In this document: piece by piece, positions 13,536 through 21,825 of the stretch
How the letters are laid out: each line of letters opens with the position of its first letter
Position numbering within the stretch: position 1 is the stretch's first letter
The notes under the pieces: generated by a model
Told to the model about the DNA's origin: nothing
What the model saw: the letters and a program-made list of their open reading frames with translations, nothing else
Database searches by the model: none
Translations under genes and position numbers: made by a program
Origin: an uncultured Bacteroidales bacterium
GTDB lineage: Bacteria > Bacteroidota > Bacteroidia > Bacteroidales > JACABE01
NCBI GenBank assembly: GCA_903899825.1
Contig: CAIUKU010000178.1
Span: 2,961-26,960 of the forward strand
Direction of reading: 5' to 3'
DNA length: 24,000 nucleotides

Positions 13536-13649
13536 AGTTTGTAAAGTTATAATGTGGCTTCGCATATTGGAAGTCAATTATTTGATGATATAAATTAGCA
13601 TAGCTAATTAAGAAATAGAACAAGTTATAAGACAATAAACCGTTTACTC

Positions 13650-13774
13650 TTACTCTTTAACAAATTTCTTTACATACACTCATTTTGCAGTTTTATTTCT
13701 AAAATATATATTCCTATTGGAAAAGTTGAAATATCAATATTTGTCATTACACCTTTAGAATTTAGAGTCTTAAC
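13650..13774 (-). pseudogene. Relic of a T9SS C-terminal sorting domain (frameshifted fragment)
   Basis: The minus strand reads VKTLNSKGVMTNIDISTFPIGIYILEIKLQNE. After a 1-nt frame change it reads VYVKKFVKE-stop, the typical end of a Por_Secre_tail domain. There is no upstream body. Confidence 0.5.
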
Positions 13775-13874
13775 TCAAGATTTATCCTGAAAGAAGTTTA
13801 CATAAGCATACAGATATAACCCTGCCACAAAATGCTTAGGATATGGTTTTAGAAATTAATCTATACTCCATCAA

Positions 13875-15425
13875 TTACTTATTTATCATCAGTTTCTGAG
13901 TTATTCTCCTTTCATCAGATTTGATTTCAAGCATATAGATTCCGTTTTTTAAATATTCAACATTGATCCGGCTCTGATTCTGTTCTAAAACCTCCGTCCT
14001 GATCAGTTTACCGATTACCGAATAAATATTTACTATCAGCTTGGTATTGTTTGGGTTTTCAATATTCAGATTTACGATGTCAGTGGCAGGATTAGGATAA
14101 ATGGAGGAAACAAGAGGCAGGCTTACTGTATTGTTATCAATTGCCAAAAGGCTTCCACAATAAATTTGTTTATTATACGAAGCGTAATTCGAGTAAGCAT
14201 AAGTAACATCAGCTTTCAAGGCATTGACCGTTGCAAGACTCATGGTTTGGGATTGCAGAACGAGGCTTGGGTGAACATTGGTCATATTAAATGCCATATC
14301 GTCGTTACACAAGCCGCTCCCATTGCTATCTATCACGGCTATCACACGGCCTTCATTAAACCCCATTCCAACGTGAACTGTCGTAGAACCGTTTTCGGTG
14401 AGACCCCTGAATTCAACATTTTTATTGGTTGTAGCAGTGTTTCCGTAGGCTCGTTTTTTCCAGACAACAGATCCGCTGTTCGAAAGATTTATCATGGCAA
14501 TGGTGAAGGCCGAGTTATCGTAAATACTTCCGTCAACAATCACGTTTTTCCCGTTGTTGATAGCTTTGATATCATGAAGGATAAACTGGTCATAGATTAC
14601 TGTCAGTTCGTTGAACGATTGCAGGCTGAGTGCCTGGTTGTAAATTGCCACAAACTCGGTTTTATTGTTGTTGCTACTGTTATAACCTCCCAAAATGGCA
14701 TATCCACCGGTAGTATTTAGTTTCACAATGCGGGTAGGGATTATCTGCATTGCCGTGTAGGTATAGGCCGAATGCGAATTGATGCTTCCTGTAGCACTGA
14801 TTTTTATGGTCAACAGGGAGTTGATGTTGTAACTCGACGAAACCACGTATTCCGATACATCGGCTATGATACTATAGCAGGTAATTCCTCCTGTGCTCAG
14901 GGGGTACAAATACTGGTTTTGCCACTCTATGCTACCATCGGCAGCACATTTTATGATAAAATTAGATAAAGGATTCTGCCCGCCTCCTATCAAAAAGCCG
15001 TTGTCGCCGGGCAAAGCTTTCGAAAGTGCTATTGAATTCACATTGCCTGAAGTCAGGTAATATATTTTCTGCCATAGCAAAGCACCAGCTGAACTGAATT
15101 TCACAATCCAGGTAGATGCTGTATACTCATGCGAGCCCATTAAAAAATAAAAACTACCGTCGTTGGCTTCCACTATTTTTGGAGAACCGATTTTGATGTT
15201 GGCATCGTTGAAAACATATTTCCACGTCATGTTGAAGCTGTTGTCCCAACGGATAATCTGAACTTTGTAGGTGCTGTCGAAACCTGTAGTGATATATCCA
15301 CCGGAGGAAACTTTTTCAATTTTTTCAAAATAACCGTTGTTGGCTACCTTGAGGTAAGCAGTGTTTTGAGCCTGAATCAGTATCACGCAAAGCGACAGAA
15401 GTAATGTAAATTTTAGTTTTTTCAT
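13875..15425 (-). CDS. Secreted repeat protein with T9SS C-terminal sorting domain
   Basis: Signal peptide MKKLKFTLLLSLCVILIQAQ. C-terminal IYPNPATDIVNLNIE...NGIYMLEIKSDERRITQKLMINK (type A CTD). The beta-rich repetitive body may be propeller-like. Confidence 0.8.
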   Translation of the reverse strand: MKKLKFTLLLSLCVILIQAQNTAYLKVANNGYFEKIEKVSSGGYITTGFDSTYKVQIIRWDNSFNMTWKYVFNDANIKIGSPKIVEANDGSFYFLMGSHEYTASTWIVKFSSAGALLWQKIYYLTSGNVNSIALSKALPGDNGFLIGGGQNPLSNFIIKCAADGSIEWQNQYLYPLSTGGITCYSIIADVSEYVVSSSYNINSLLTIKISATGSINSHSAYTYTAMQIIPTRIVKLNTTGGYAILGGYNSSNNNKTEFVAIYNQALSLQSFNELTVIYDQFILHDIKAINNGKNVIVDGSIYDNSAFTIAMINLSNSGSVVWKKRAYGNTATTNKNVEFRGLTENGSTTVHVGMGFNEGRVIAVIDSNGSGLCNDDMAFNMTNVHPSLVLQSQTMSLATVNALKADVTYAYSNYASYNKQIYCGSLLAIDNNTVSLPLVSSIYPNPATDIVNLNIENPNNTKLIVNIYSVIGKLIRTEVLEQNQSRINVEYLKNGIYMLEIKSDERRITQKLMINK

Positions 15426-15712
15426 AAAGGGTTTTTAATTGTTTGATAAAATGAGATGATTGCCATTAAGACATTAAGATTGGGGAATGGGTTGTATGGG
15501 GAGGGAAAAATTGTTAGTTAGCTTCTTTGTCTGATAGTTGATGGGTTTGATGCATACAATGATAAGGTTCCTCAGCTTGCTGCTGACGAGAAGTATAAGC
15601 TTCCTTTCAGTTTGAATGCTGAATTGTTTATGTGGTATTGTTGTTAAAGTCCGCTTTTAGTAATGAATCTTCAGTTATTCGAGTTTACTTATTGCTCTGT
15701 TTCTATAGTATA

Positions 15713-16291
15713 TCAATAACTTAAGCTTTTTATTTTTCGTTCTGCTTCACTGTCATTTATGAGTTCGTCCAGTCGTTTAAGTCTTGTTGTTTCCTGCTTT
15801 GCACTCATTACCCATTTGAGTGCAGGTTTGTGATAGGAGGGAGGAAGCGATTGAAAAAATGTCCATGCCTTATTGTTTGCTTTAAATTTTTGTTCAAAAT
15901 CGTCAGGAAGTTTTATTGCTTCATTCTCATAGGCATATATTCCTGATTTATGTTCTTTTCTCAGTTTAAAAATCTCAAGTCCTGCTGCCTGCATGAGTCC
16001 CTGCTTTGTAAGCACTTCAACTTTTTTGATGTTAATAGCACTCCAGATACTTGTCGGTTTTCTGGGAGTGAAACGAATACAGTAACTGTCCTGGTCTATG
16101 GATTTGCGAATGCCATCTATCCAGCCAAAACAGATAGCCTGGTCAACGGATTGACTCCAGGACATACTCGGTTTGCCACTCTTAACCTTATAAAAGCCAA
16201 CCAACAAGGCTGTTTCTTTTTGATGGTTTTCTTCCAGCCATTTCCTGAAATCGTATTGATTTGCGAAAAATACGGGTGTCATACTCAACAT
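15713..16291 (-). CDS. YdeI/OmpD-associated family protein
   Basis: FRKWLEENHQKE...LVGFYKVKSGKPSMSWSQSVDQAICFGWIDGIRKSID...RFTPRKPTSIWS... plus a C-terminal helical part. Its start overlaps the upstream stop (TAATG). Confidence 0.7.
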   Translation of the reverse strand: MLSMTPVFFANQYDFRKWLEENHQKETALLVGFYKVKSGKPSMSWSQSVDQAICFGWIDGIRKSIDQDSYCIRFTPRKPTSIWSAINIKKVEVLTKQGLMQAAGLEIFKLRKEHKSGIYAYENEAIKLPDDFEQKFKANNKAWTFFQSLPPSYHKPALKWVMSAKQETTRLKRLDELINDSEAERKIKSLSY

Positions 16292-16671
16292 TATTTTCTT
16301 TTATTTATTGCAAATATCAATGCTGATGAAATCATACACATTACGATAGCACTTAAGATCAATGAATTGTTCTTCTGTAAAATTCCAATAATGAAGTCAC
16401 CTGCAAACATTACCAAAAAGAAAATGTAAGCAATAGTCAGCATGGGAACTGATTGCTTAAATGTTGCAAAGACAAAGATAAAACCAAGGGCAAATTGCCG
16501 GGCAGCCCACATATAAATTAAGTAGTCAACGCCTTTCGCGTTTAGGTCAATTGTCTCAAGTACCGATTGCGGTGAAAAGCATATTGCTATACTTACCAAA
16601 AGCTCAAGTAATGCAAAAAGTCCTGATACAATGAGTATCCATTTTGGTAATGATTTTTGTCCTACTGTCAT
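16291..16671 (-). CDS. Small integral membrane protein (about four TM helices), unknown function
   Basis: 126 aa, four hydrophobic segments, translationally coupled to the YdeI gene. Confidence 0.55.
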   Translation of the reverse strand: MTVGQKSLPKWILIVSGLFALLELLVSIAICFSPQSVLETIDLNAKGVDYLIYMWAARQFALGFIFVFATFKQSVPMLTIAYIFFLVMFAGDFIIGILQKNNSLILSAIVMCMISSALIFAINKRK

Positions 16672-16729
16672 AAATTAAGTTTATTGTTGTGTTAAATCAT
16701 ACATTCAGCAAGCTTTGATATTTTATACG

Positions 16730-16775
16730 ACAAATGTACAAATATTCTATTATTTTATTTAATAAAAAACCCTGG
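16730..16775 (-). promoter_or_regulatory. Promoter-like segment, copy 1 of a duplicated upstream region
   Basis: The minus strand carries TACATTTG (TAnnTTTG; plus strand caaatgta at 16731-16738) about 60 nt upstream of the start at 16671. It is similar to 17808-17860. Confidence 0.45.
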
Positions 16776-16981
16776 ACAGTAATTAGCTACGGTATTTGCT
16801 GTTTACACTTTAGTGTTTGTAAAGCTTAATAAAGAAAGATATTCGTATAGTTAATTATTGATGGTTTGGGTAGAGCAAGTAAAAGATTGCAAACGACTCT
16901 ATGGTTGGGTGCAATTAAAGATAAAGGGGTTATTGGCATTGAATTAACTGATAAGACGGCTATTATATTTTGTAATGTATG

Positions 16982-17677
16982 TTATTCATCATCATCCTGT
17001 TCATAGTATTCATTATTTTCACTCTTTTTCTCTTTCGTATTAATTTGTAATCCATAAGCAAGGTAAAAAAAATAAAATGGAATTATTAACCAGAATAAAA
17101 TAAACACTTTATGAAAACCATTCAATCGGGCACTGTTGGTTTCAATGTTTTTATATCCAGTGAAAATTGATTGTAGGGTACCCGTTTTACTGTGAAATAA
17201 TACATCTGCTAATATGCCCAGCAAATGTATACCTGCAAAAATCAAAAAGAGGTTTGCTGATACTTCATGGGATTCTTCCAGAAAATCTTCGCTAATTCCA
17301 ATATTTAATCCGTTGTTCCCGCTTGTATATAATAAGTATCCGGAAATACCACATACAAGGCCGACTATAAGAATTAAGAGCATAACTACAGATGCTGCAG
17401 GGTTATGTCCTGCATATATCTTAGTTTTTGAGAAATATGTAGTGATAAATTCTTTCTGACTTTTCAAGCTTATTGGAAAATCCCTGAAATTTGAATACAT
17501 AGGTCCGAATAAACCAAATAATAATCTGAAAATTAATAATATACCAACAAATGCCCCAAATGCAAAATGCAAATTTTCAAGATTATCAGAATTGCCTAAA
17601 ATATAAGCAGTTGTAAATCCAATGGCTAATAACCAATGAAATATTCTGGTGGGAAATGTCCAAATATAGGTTTTCAT
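16982..17677 (-). CDS. Cytochrome b561 / Ni-Fe-hydrogenase b-type cytochrome family membrane protein
   Basis: WTFPTRIFHWLLAIGF, AGHNPAASVVML and SHEVSANLFLIFAGIHLLGIL supply the heme-ligand histidines across four TM helices. Confidence 0.7.
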   Translation of the reverse strand: MKTYIWTFPTRIFHWLLAIGFTTAYILGNSDNLENLHFAFGAFVGILLIFRLLFGLFGPMYSNFRDFPISLKSQKEFITTYFSKTKIYAGHNPAASVVMLLILIVGLVCGISGYLLYTSGNNGLNIGISEDFLEESHEVSANLFLIFAGIHLLGILADVLFHSKTGTLQSIFTGYKNIETNSARLNGFHKVFILFWLIIPFYFFYLAYGLQINTKEKKSENNEYYEQDDDE

Positions 17678-17807
17678 AATTTTCTAAATTTAGTTTAAAA
17701 GATGATACTTACTGTTTTAAAAATGCATAAAATGTTTCTAGAATCTCCTTTGTGGTTAACAATACATTTATTTTGCTTAGTCAGCTTAAGCTTTTGTGTA
17801 CTTTTTT

Positions 17808-17860
17808 ACAAATGTACAATAATTCAATTATCATGTGATTTATTTAACAAAAACCCAGGG
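17808..17860 (-). promoter_or_regulatory. Promoter-like segment, copy 2 of a duplicated upstream region
   Basis: The minus strand carries TACATTTG (plus strand caaatgta at 17809-17816) about 130 nt upstream of the start at 17677. It shares ACAAATGTACAA...ATTAT...TTTATTTAA...AAAAACCC with 16730-16775. Confidence 0.45.
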
Positions 17861-17917
17861 CATTTTTCTGCTCCGGGTTTTACCGTTTAAGAAATTAAAG
17901 TATAGAGGCTTAAATAA

Positions 17918-18150
17918 GCAGTATCTAAAGCATTTTGCACAATGAAGTTAAAAAGAGCGGGTAATAAAAAAGAAAATAATTATATGCGCTTTGCTACACT
18001 CTTATTCAACACACTTGCTCGAAATTGGAATTGATCTCAGCTATATACATGCACTTTCAGGAAATAAAAGCAGCAAAATAACTGAAATTTATACACATCT
18101 GATACTGAAAAAAGTTTGCGAAATATTAAGTCACCATTTGATGAATTTAT
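17918..18150 (+). pseudogene. Degraded C-terminal remnant of a tyrosine recombinase/integrase
   Basis: Reads AVSKAFCTMKLKRAGNKKENNYMRFAT, then in another frame THLLEIGIDLSYIHALSGNKSSKITEIYTHL, then in another frame LRNIKSPFDEF. This matches the box II region (..LRHSFATHLLE.G.DLRYIQ.LLGH.S.KTTEIYTHV...IKSPLD.L). It has at least two frameshifts, the LLGH His is replaced, and the N-terminal roughly 300 aa are absent. Confidence 0.7.
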
Positions 18151-18160
18151 AAAAAGATTG

Positions 18161-18168
18161 TATATTTG
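18161..18168 (+). promoter_or_regulatory. Bacteroidota -7 promoter box (TATATTTG)
   Basis: TAnnTTTG match 112 nt upstream of the DUF3795 gene. Confidence 0.4.
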
Positions 18169-18279
18169 TAAAAAGCGAAAAAGGGAAAAACCTTACATAG
18201 CCAATGCAATTAGGTAGATATTATAAGGTTTTTTCAATAAATAACGACTTGTGCGACACCCAAAAAAAACAGTGCAAAC

Positions 18280-18843
18280 ATGACAGACAAATTGAAAAAA
18301 TATGAGACTATTGGTTGTTGTGGAGTAGATTGTGGATTATGTCCAAGATACTATACAAAAGGGGATTCTGCTTGTCCTGGTTGTGGTGGATTGAATTTTA
18401 AAGAAAAACATCCTTCATGTGGATTTCTGACTTGTTGCGTAATTAAAAATGGATTTGAGGTTTGTTCTGACTGTAATGATTTTCCTTGCAAACGATTTGA
18501 CGCAGAGAAAGACGGCTTTGATTCATTTGTGACTCATAAAAAGGTGTTTTCAAATCTTGACTTCATAAAAAGAAATGGGATTGACCTTTTTAATGACAAA
18601 CAAAAAATTAGGATGAGCATATTGACTGAGTTTCTGACTAATTTTGATGATGGACGTTCTAAAAGTTTTTTCTGTATAAGCTGTGCTTTATTGCCTTTGG
18701 ATAAATTACAAGAGTCTCATGATATGGTTAAGAATTTTAAGGATACAACAGATATAAAAATTAAAAATAAACGATTACGGGAGTTGTTGTCAAAAACTGC
18801 TGATACTTTGGAGATTGATTTGAAATTGAATACTAAAAAATAA
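18280..18843 (+). CDS. DUF3795-family Cys-rich protein with a helical C-terminal extension
   Basis: CCGVDCGLCPRYY...CPGCGG...HPSCGFLTCCVIKNGFEVCSDCNDFPCKRF is the DUF3795 cysteine pattern. Confidence 0.7.
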   Translation: MTDKLKKYETIGCCGVDCGLCPRYYTKGDSACPGCGGLNFKEKHPSCGFLTCCVIKNGFEVCSDCNDFPCKRFDAEKDGFDSFVTHKKVFSNLDFIKRNGIDLFNDKQKIRMSILTEFLTNFDDGRSKSFFCISCALLPLDKLQESHDMVKNFKDTTDIKIKNKRLRELLSKTADTLEIDLKLNTKK

Positions 18844-18848
18844 TATTT

Positions 18849-19322
18849 ATGGAACTAATAGGTAAAGCAACTATACATCCGTTAATTTTTTATACTGGAA
18901 AAATATCGGGTTATCTTACATGGATTAATTCATTTCTAATGTTATGTGGCATTGAATTGATAGATAAGAAAACGGTATATTTCAATAATTATATTTCTGC
19001 ATTTCTGCTATTTATTGGATTACTATTTACTGTAATTAGTCTTATTAATTTAGGTAAATCAACTCGTTTAGGAATTCCAACGGAGGATACAGCATTAAAA
19101 ACAAATGGAATATACAAAATTAGCAGAAACCCCATGTATGTTGGATTTAATTTAATCACAATTACCTCAATGATATACTCATTAAATTGGATTGTAATAA
19201 TTTTAGGGATTTACAGTTTGATAACTTATCATCTGATAATAAAGGGTGAAGAGGATTTTATGATTAAAAGATTTGGGAATGATTATAAAATTTATCAATC
19301 AAAAGTAAGGCGGTATTTATAG
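18849..19322 (+). CDS. Membrane methyltransferase, ICMT/PEMT-like family
   Basis: Four TM helices and LKTNGIYKISRNPMYVGFNLITI...HLIIKGEEDFMIKRFGNDYKIYQSKVRRY. Starts 5 nt after the DUF3795 stop. Confidence 0.7.
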   Translation: MELIGKATIHPLIFYTGKISGYLTWINSFLMLCGIELIDKKTVYFNNYISAFLLFIGLLFTVISLINLGKSTRLGIPTEDTALKTNGIYKISRNPMYVGFNLITITSMIYSLNWIVIILGIYSLITYHLIIKGEEDFMIKRFGNDYKIYQSKVRRYL

Positions 19323-19571
19323 AAAAAATGCATATACGCATAACATTCAGTCGTATAGCCAAAATCCCCTTCTCAAAAAATCCCATTAAGAAGTACAACT
19401 AATGGACTATTGGTCTATACGGTCCCGAAAATTTCGAACGGTATAAGTTGTTCAGCGAAATCCCTGGCTTTACTGTTTGTTATCCATAGAGGAAAAACAT
19501 AGGCATATTTTTGCTTCATTACATTGGTGTCATCTCTCGTATTTCAACCGTATATTCTTCATAATATTACA

Positions 19572-19623
19572 ATATATTCCTCAGCTTATGCTAAAAAGCA
19601 TTATTTTTGAAGAAGATTAATAT
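19572..19623 (+). promoter_or_regulatory. 52-bp promoter-like repeat, copy 1
   Basis: 47/52 identical to 23411-23462 by manual alignment. Contains TATTTTTG (TAnnTTTG) at 19602-19609. The next credible plus-strand gene starts about 400 nt downstream. Confidence 0.55.
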
Positions 19624-20015
19624 TAAACAGAACTTTTTAGACGAGCTGAGGTTGTGTCCCGGCAAAAATAGAATTAGCATTACAGAACTTATATTACTTA
19701 ATATTGTTATGTTTCTGACATATTCATTCAGGTATTTTATAATTATAGGTAATTCTTTCGTTAATTGTAAAACGCTAAAAAATGTTTGGAGTAGTTTGTA
19801 AAATAGATTTTCAGAAATATTTTGGCAATTTATATGAAATTGTGCTTAACTACCATCATTTTGAACGATGACTGTATGGCTGTTATTGCTAAGTATATTT
19901 ATACTCAAGGCTTGGTCACTGGCAGTCTTTTTTATAGATATTATATGGGATACGTATTAATATAGCGTAGTTTTTTTCTGGTTTTAATATTCTTAAATGC
20001 ATAAATTAATTAGAA

Positions 20016-21815
20016 ATGTATAAAATAGAAGCACCTTATATCAACGGAAAATTTCTTTACTATGCATTTGTTGCCGGAGGAAACCAGATACTTCAACATC
20101 AGATAGAAATAAATAGAATTAATGTTTTTCCGGTAAATGATAAAGACACTGGTACTAACCTTGCATCCACCATTCGTTCAGTAATCGACAATATCAAACC
20201 TCACAAATCTTATAAAACTACGGTAAATAATATTGCAGATGCTGCATTAATGGGTGCCAGAGGTAATTCGGGCGTGATTTTCGCTCAGTTTTTACACGGG
20301 CTGAGCAGGGAAACCATGAACAAACCCAATATTACCCTTCCTGAATTTGCAGAAAGCGTGAGTAAATCGATACCTTACCTCTACAAAGCCATTACCAATC
20401 CTGTTGAAGGCACTATGATAACTGTTATTAAGGATTGGTCTGACTTTCTTAATACCAAAAAAGAAGCCATTCATGATTTTAAAAATGTAATAATTGATTC
20501 TATTGAAGTATTGGAAAAATCATTGGCAGAAACTACCTTCAAATTGAAAGCACTCAACAAATCCGGTTTTGTTGATGCCGGAGCTAAAGGTTTTGTTTTA
20601 TTTATAAAAGGAGTCATTGATTTTATAATTAATAGAAAAATCCGGAATCTGAATATTGTCTCACATGAGAGCATTTCGCTTATTCATACTGAAGATGTTA
20701 CTAATGAAGAAATTATGCATCGTTTTTGCACAGAAGCAATCATTAAGAATCTGAACATAAACAAAACAGAACTTCAAAATTTGTTAAGTGAAAATGGTGA
20801 TTCTATTGTTGTAGCTGGTTCAGAGAGCATTTGCCGCATTCATTTACACACCAATCATCCAGCAGCCGTTTTTTATCAATTGAAAGATAAGGGATGCATC
20901 ACTTTTCAAAAAGTTGATGATATGGTTCGCCAACAGGAAGTAGTTAGCAGCAGGAAATGGAACATAGCACTGGTCACCGATTCCAGTTGTGATTTGTCGC
21001 AGGAACTAATCGATTATTATCAGATTCATGTAGTTCCGATTAACTTGAATTTTGGAGATAATCATTATTTGGATAAAGTAAGCATTCAACCCGATCAGTT
21101 TTACGATTTGCTTGAAACACAAGCTGAATTTCCCAAAACATCTCAAATAAACGAACAGGCTTTTACCAATTTGTATTCACATCTGGCATCGCATTACGAC
21201 GCTATTATAGCTGTTCATCTTACAGGTCAGTTTAGCGGTACTTATGCCAATAGTTATAAAGCAGCTGAGCGAATTTCGAAAGAGTTTAACAAAGCTGTTC
21301 ACGTAATCGACTCTAAAAGTTTATCAGGCGCATTGGGATTGATTGTACTGAAAACTGCCCAAAACATTGAAGCCGGCCTTGCGTTAGAATCAATTATTGA
21401 TTCTCTTGAAAAAGATATCATTCAATCTAAAATATTTGTCAGTGTCAGAGATTTAAAATTTATGATTAAGGGTGGAAGGGTATCAAAACCTAAAGGTTTA
21501 ATCGCAACTACATTTGGAATAAATCCTGTTATTTCGATGGATAAAAATGGAAAATCCCTGCTTTTTGGCAAAACTTTCAGTCAGAAAGCAAGTTTGAATA
21601 AGATTTACAGACATATCAAAAAGATAAGCGCTGGAAAGACCGTGTGGAACTATATTGTACTGCATGCACATAATCCTGAGGGAGCTCAAATGGCAGTAAG
21701 TAAAATGCTTGAAATAACCGGACTTGAACCAATTTCGGTTGTTGATATTTCTCCTGTAATTGGTATGCATGCCGGAAACGGCGCCATTGCTGTTTCTTTG
21801 ATGTTTAACCATTAA
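20016..21815 (+). CDS. DAK2 (DhaL-like) domain - DegV (fatty-acid-binding, EDD fold) fusion protein
   Basis: N-terminal VFPVNDKDTGTNLASTI...AALMGARGNSGVIFAQFLHGL (DAK2/DhaL nucleotide-binding signature). C-terminal IALVTDSSCDLSQELIDYYQIHVVPINLNFGD...PKTSQINEQAF...SGTYANS (DegV signature). Confidence 0.75.
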   Translation: MYKIEAPYINGKFLYYAFVAGGNQILQHQIEINRINVFPVNDKDTGTNLASTIRSVIDNIKPHKSYKTTVNNIADAALMGARGNSGVIFAQFLHGLSRETMNKPNITLPEFAESVSKSIPYLYKAITNPVEGTMITVIKDWSDFLNTKKEAIHDFKNVIIDSIEVLEKSLAETTFKLKALNKSGFVDAGAKGFVLFIKGVIDFIINRKIRNLNIVSHESISLIHTEDVTNEEIMHRFCTEAIIKNLNINKTELQNLLSENGDSIVVAGSESICRIHLHTNHPAAVFYQLKDKGCITFQKVDDMVRQQEVVSSRKWNIALVTDSSCDLSQELIDYYQIHVVPINLNFGDNHYLDKVSIQPDQFYDLLETQAEFPKTSQINEQAFTNLYSHLASHYDAIIAVHLTGQFSGTYANSYKAAERISKEFNKAVHVIDSKSLSGALGLIVLKTAQNIEAGLALESIIDSLEKDIIQSKIFVSVRDLKFMIKGGRVSKPKGLIATTFGINPVISMDKNGKSLLFGKTFSQKASLNKIYRHIKKISAGKTVWNYIVLHAHNPEGAQMAVSKMLEITGLEPISVVDISPVIGMHAGNGAIAVSLMFNH

Positions 21816-21825
21816 TACTTCAATT

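Noticed and set aside
12539-13577. Minus-strand ORFs 12539-12802, 12708-13340 (210 aa) and 13350-13577 opposite acr3
   Set aside because: acr3 is unambiguous on the plus strand. The antisense translations are His/Gln/Lys-rich nonsense without hydrophobic organisation.
14166-14969. Plus-strand ORFs 14166-14720 and 14772-14969 inside the T9SS cargo gene
   Set aside because: They are shadow ORFs. The minus-strand frame has a signal peptide, a continuous 516-aa frame and a canonical CTD.
15950-16429. 159-aa plus-strand ORF spanning the YdeI / membrane-protein junction
   Set aside because: It is antisense to two translationally coupled genes and has no recognisable features.
17702-17890. 62-aa plus-strand ORF in the cytochrome b561 upstream region
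   Set aside because: It overlaps the promoter-like duplicated segment, is hydrophobic low-complexity, and has no start context.
19330-19560. Possible gene remnant on the minus strand (MKQKYAYVFPLWITNSKARDFAEQLIPFEIFGTV-stop, then ..PLVVLLNGIF..)
   Set aside because: There is a vague resemblance to a decayed small ORF or HTH fragment, but I could not match it to any family from memory. It needs a translated search before being called.
19607-19801. 64-aa ORF starting inside the 52-bp repeat
   Set aside because: Its ATG lies within the predicted -7 box, so it would precede the transcription start. The composition looks like AT-rich noise. The region may instead be a 5' UTR or sRNA.
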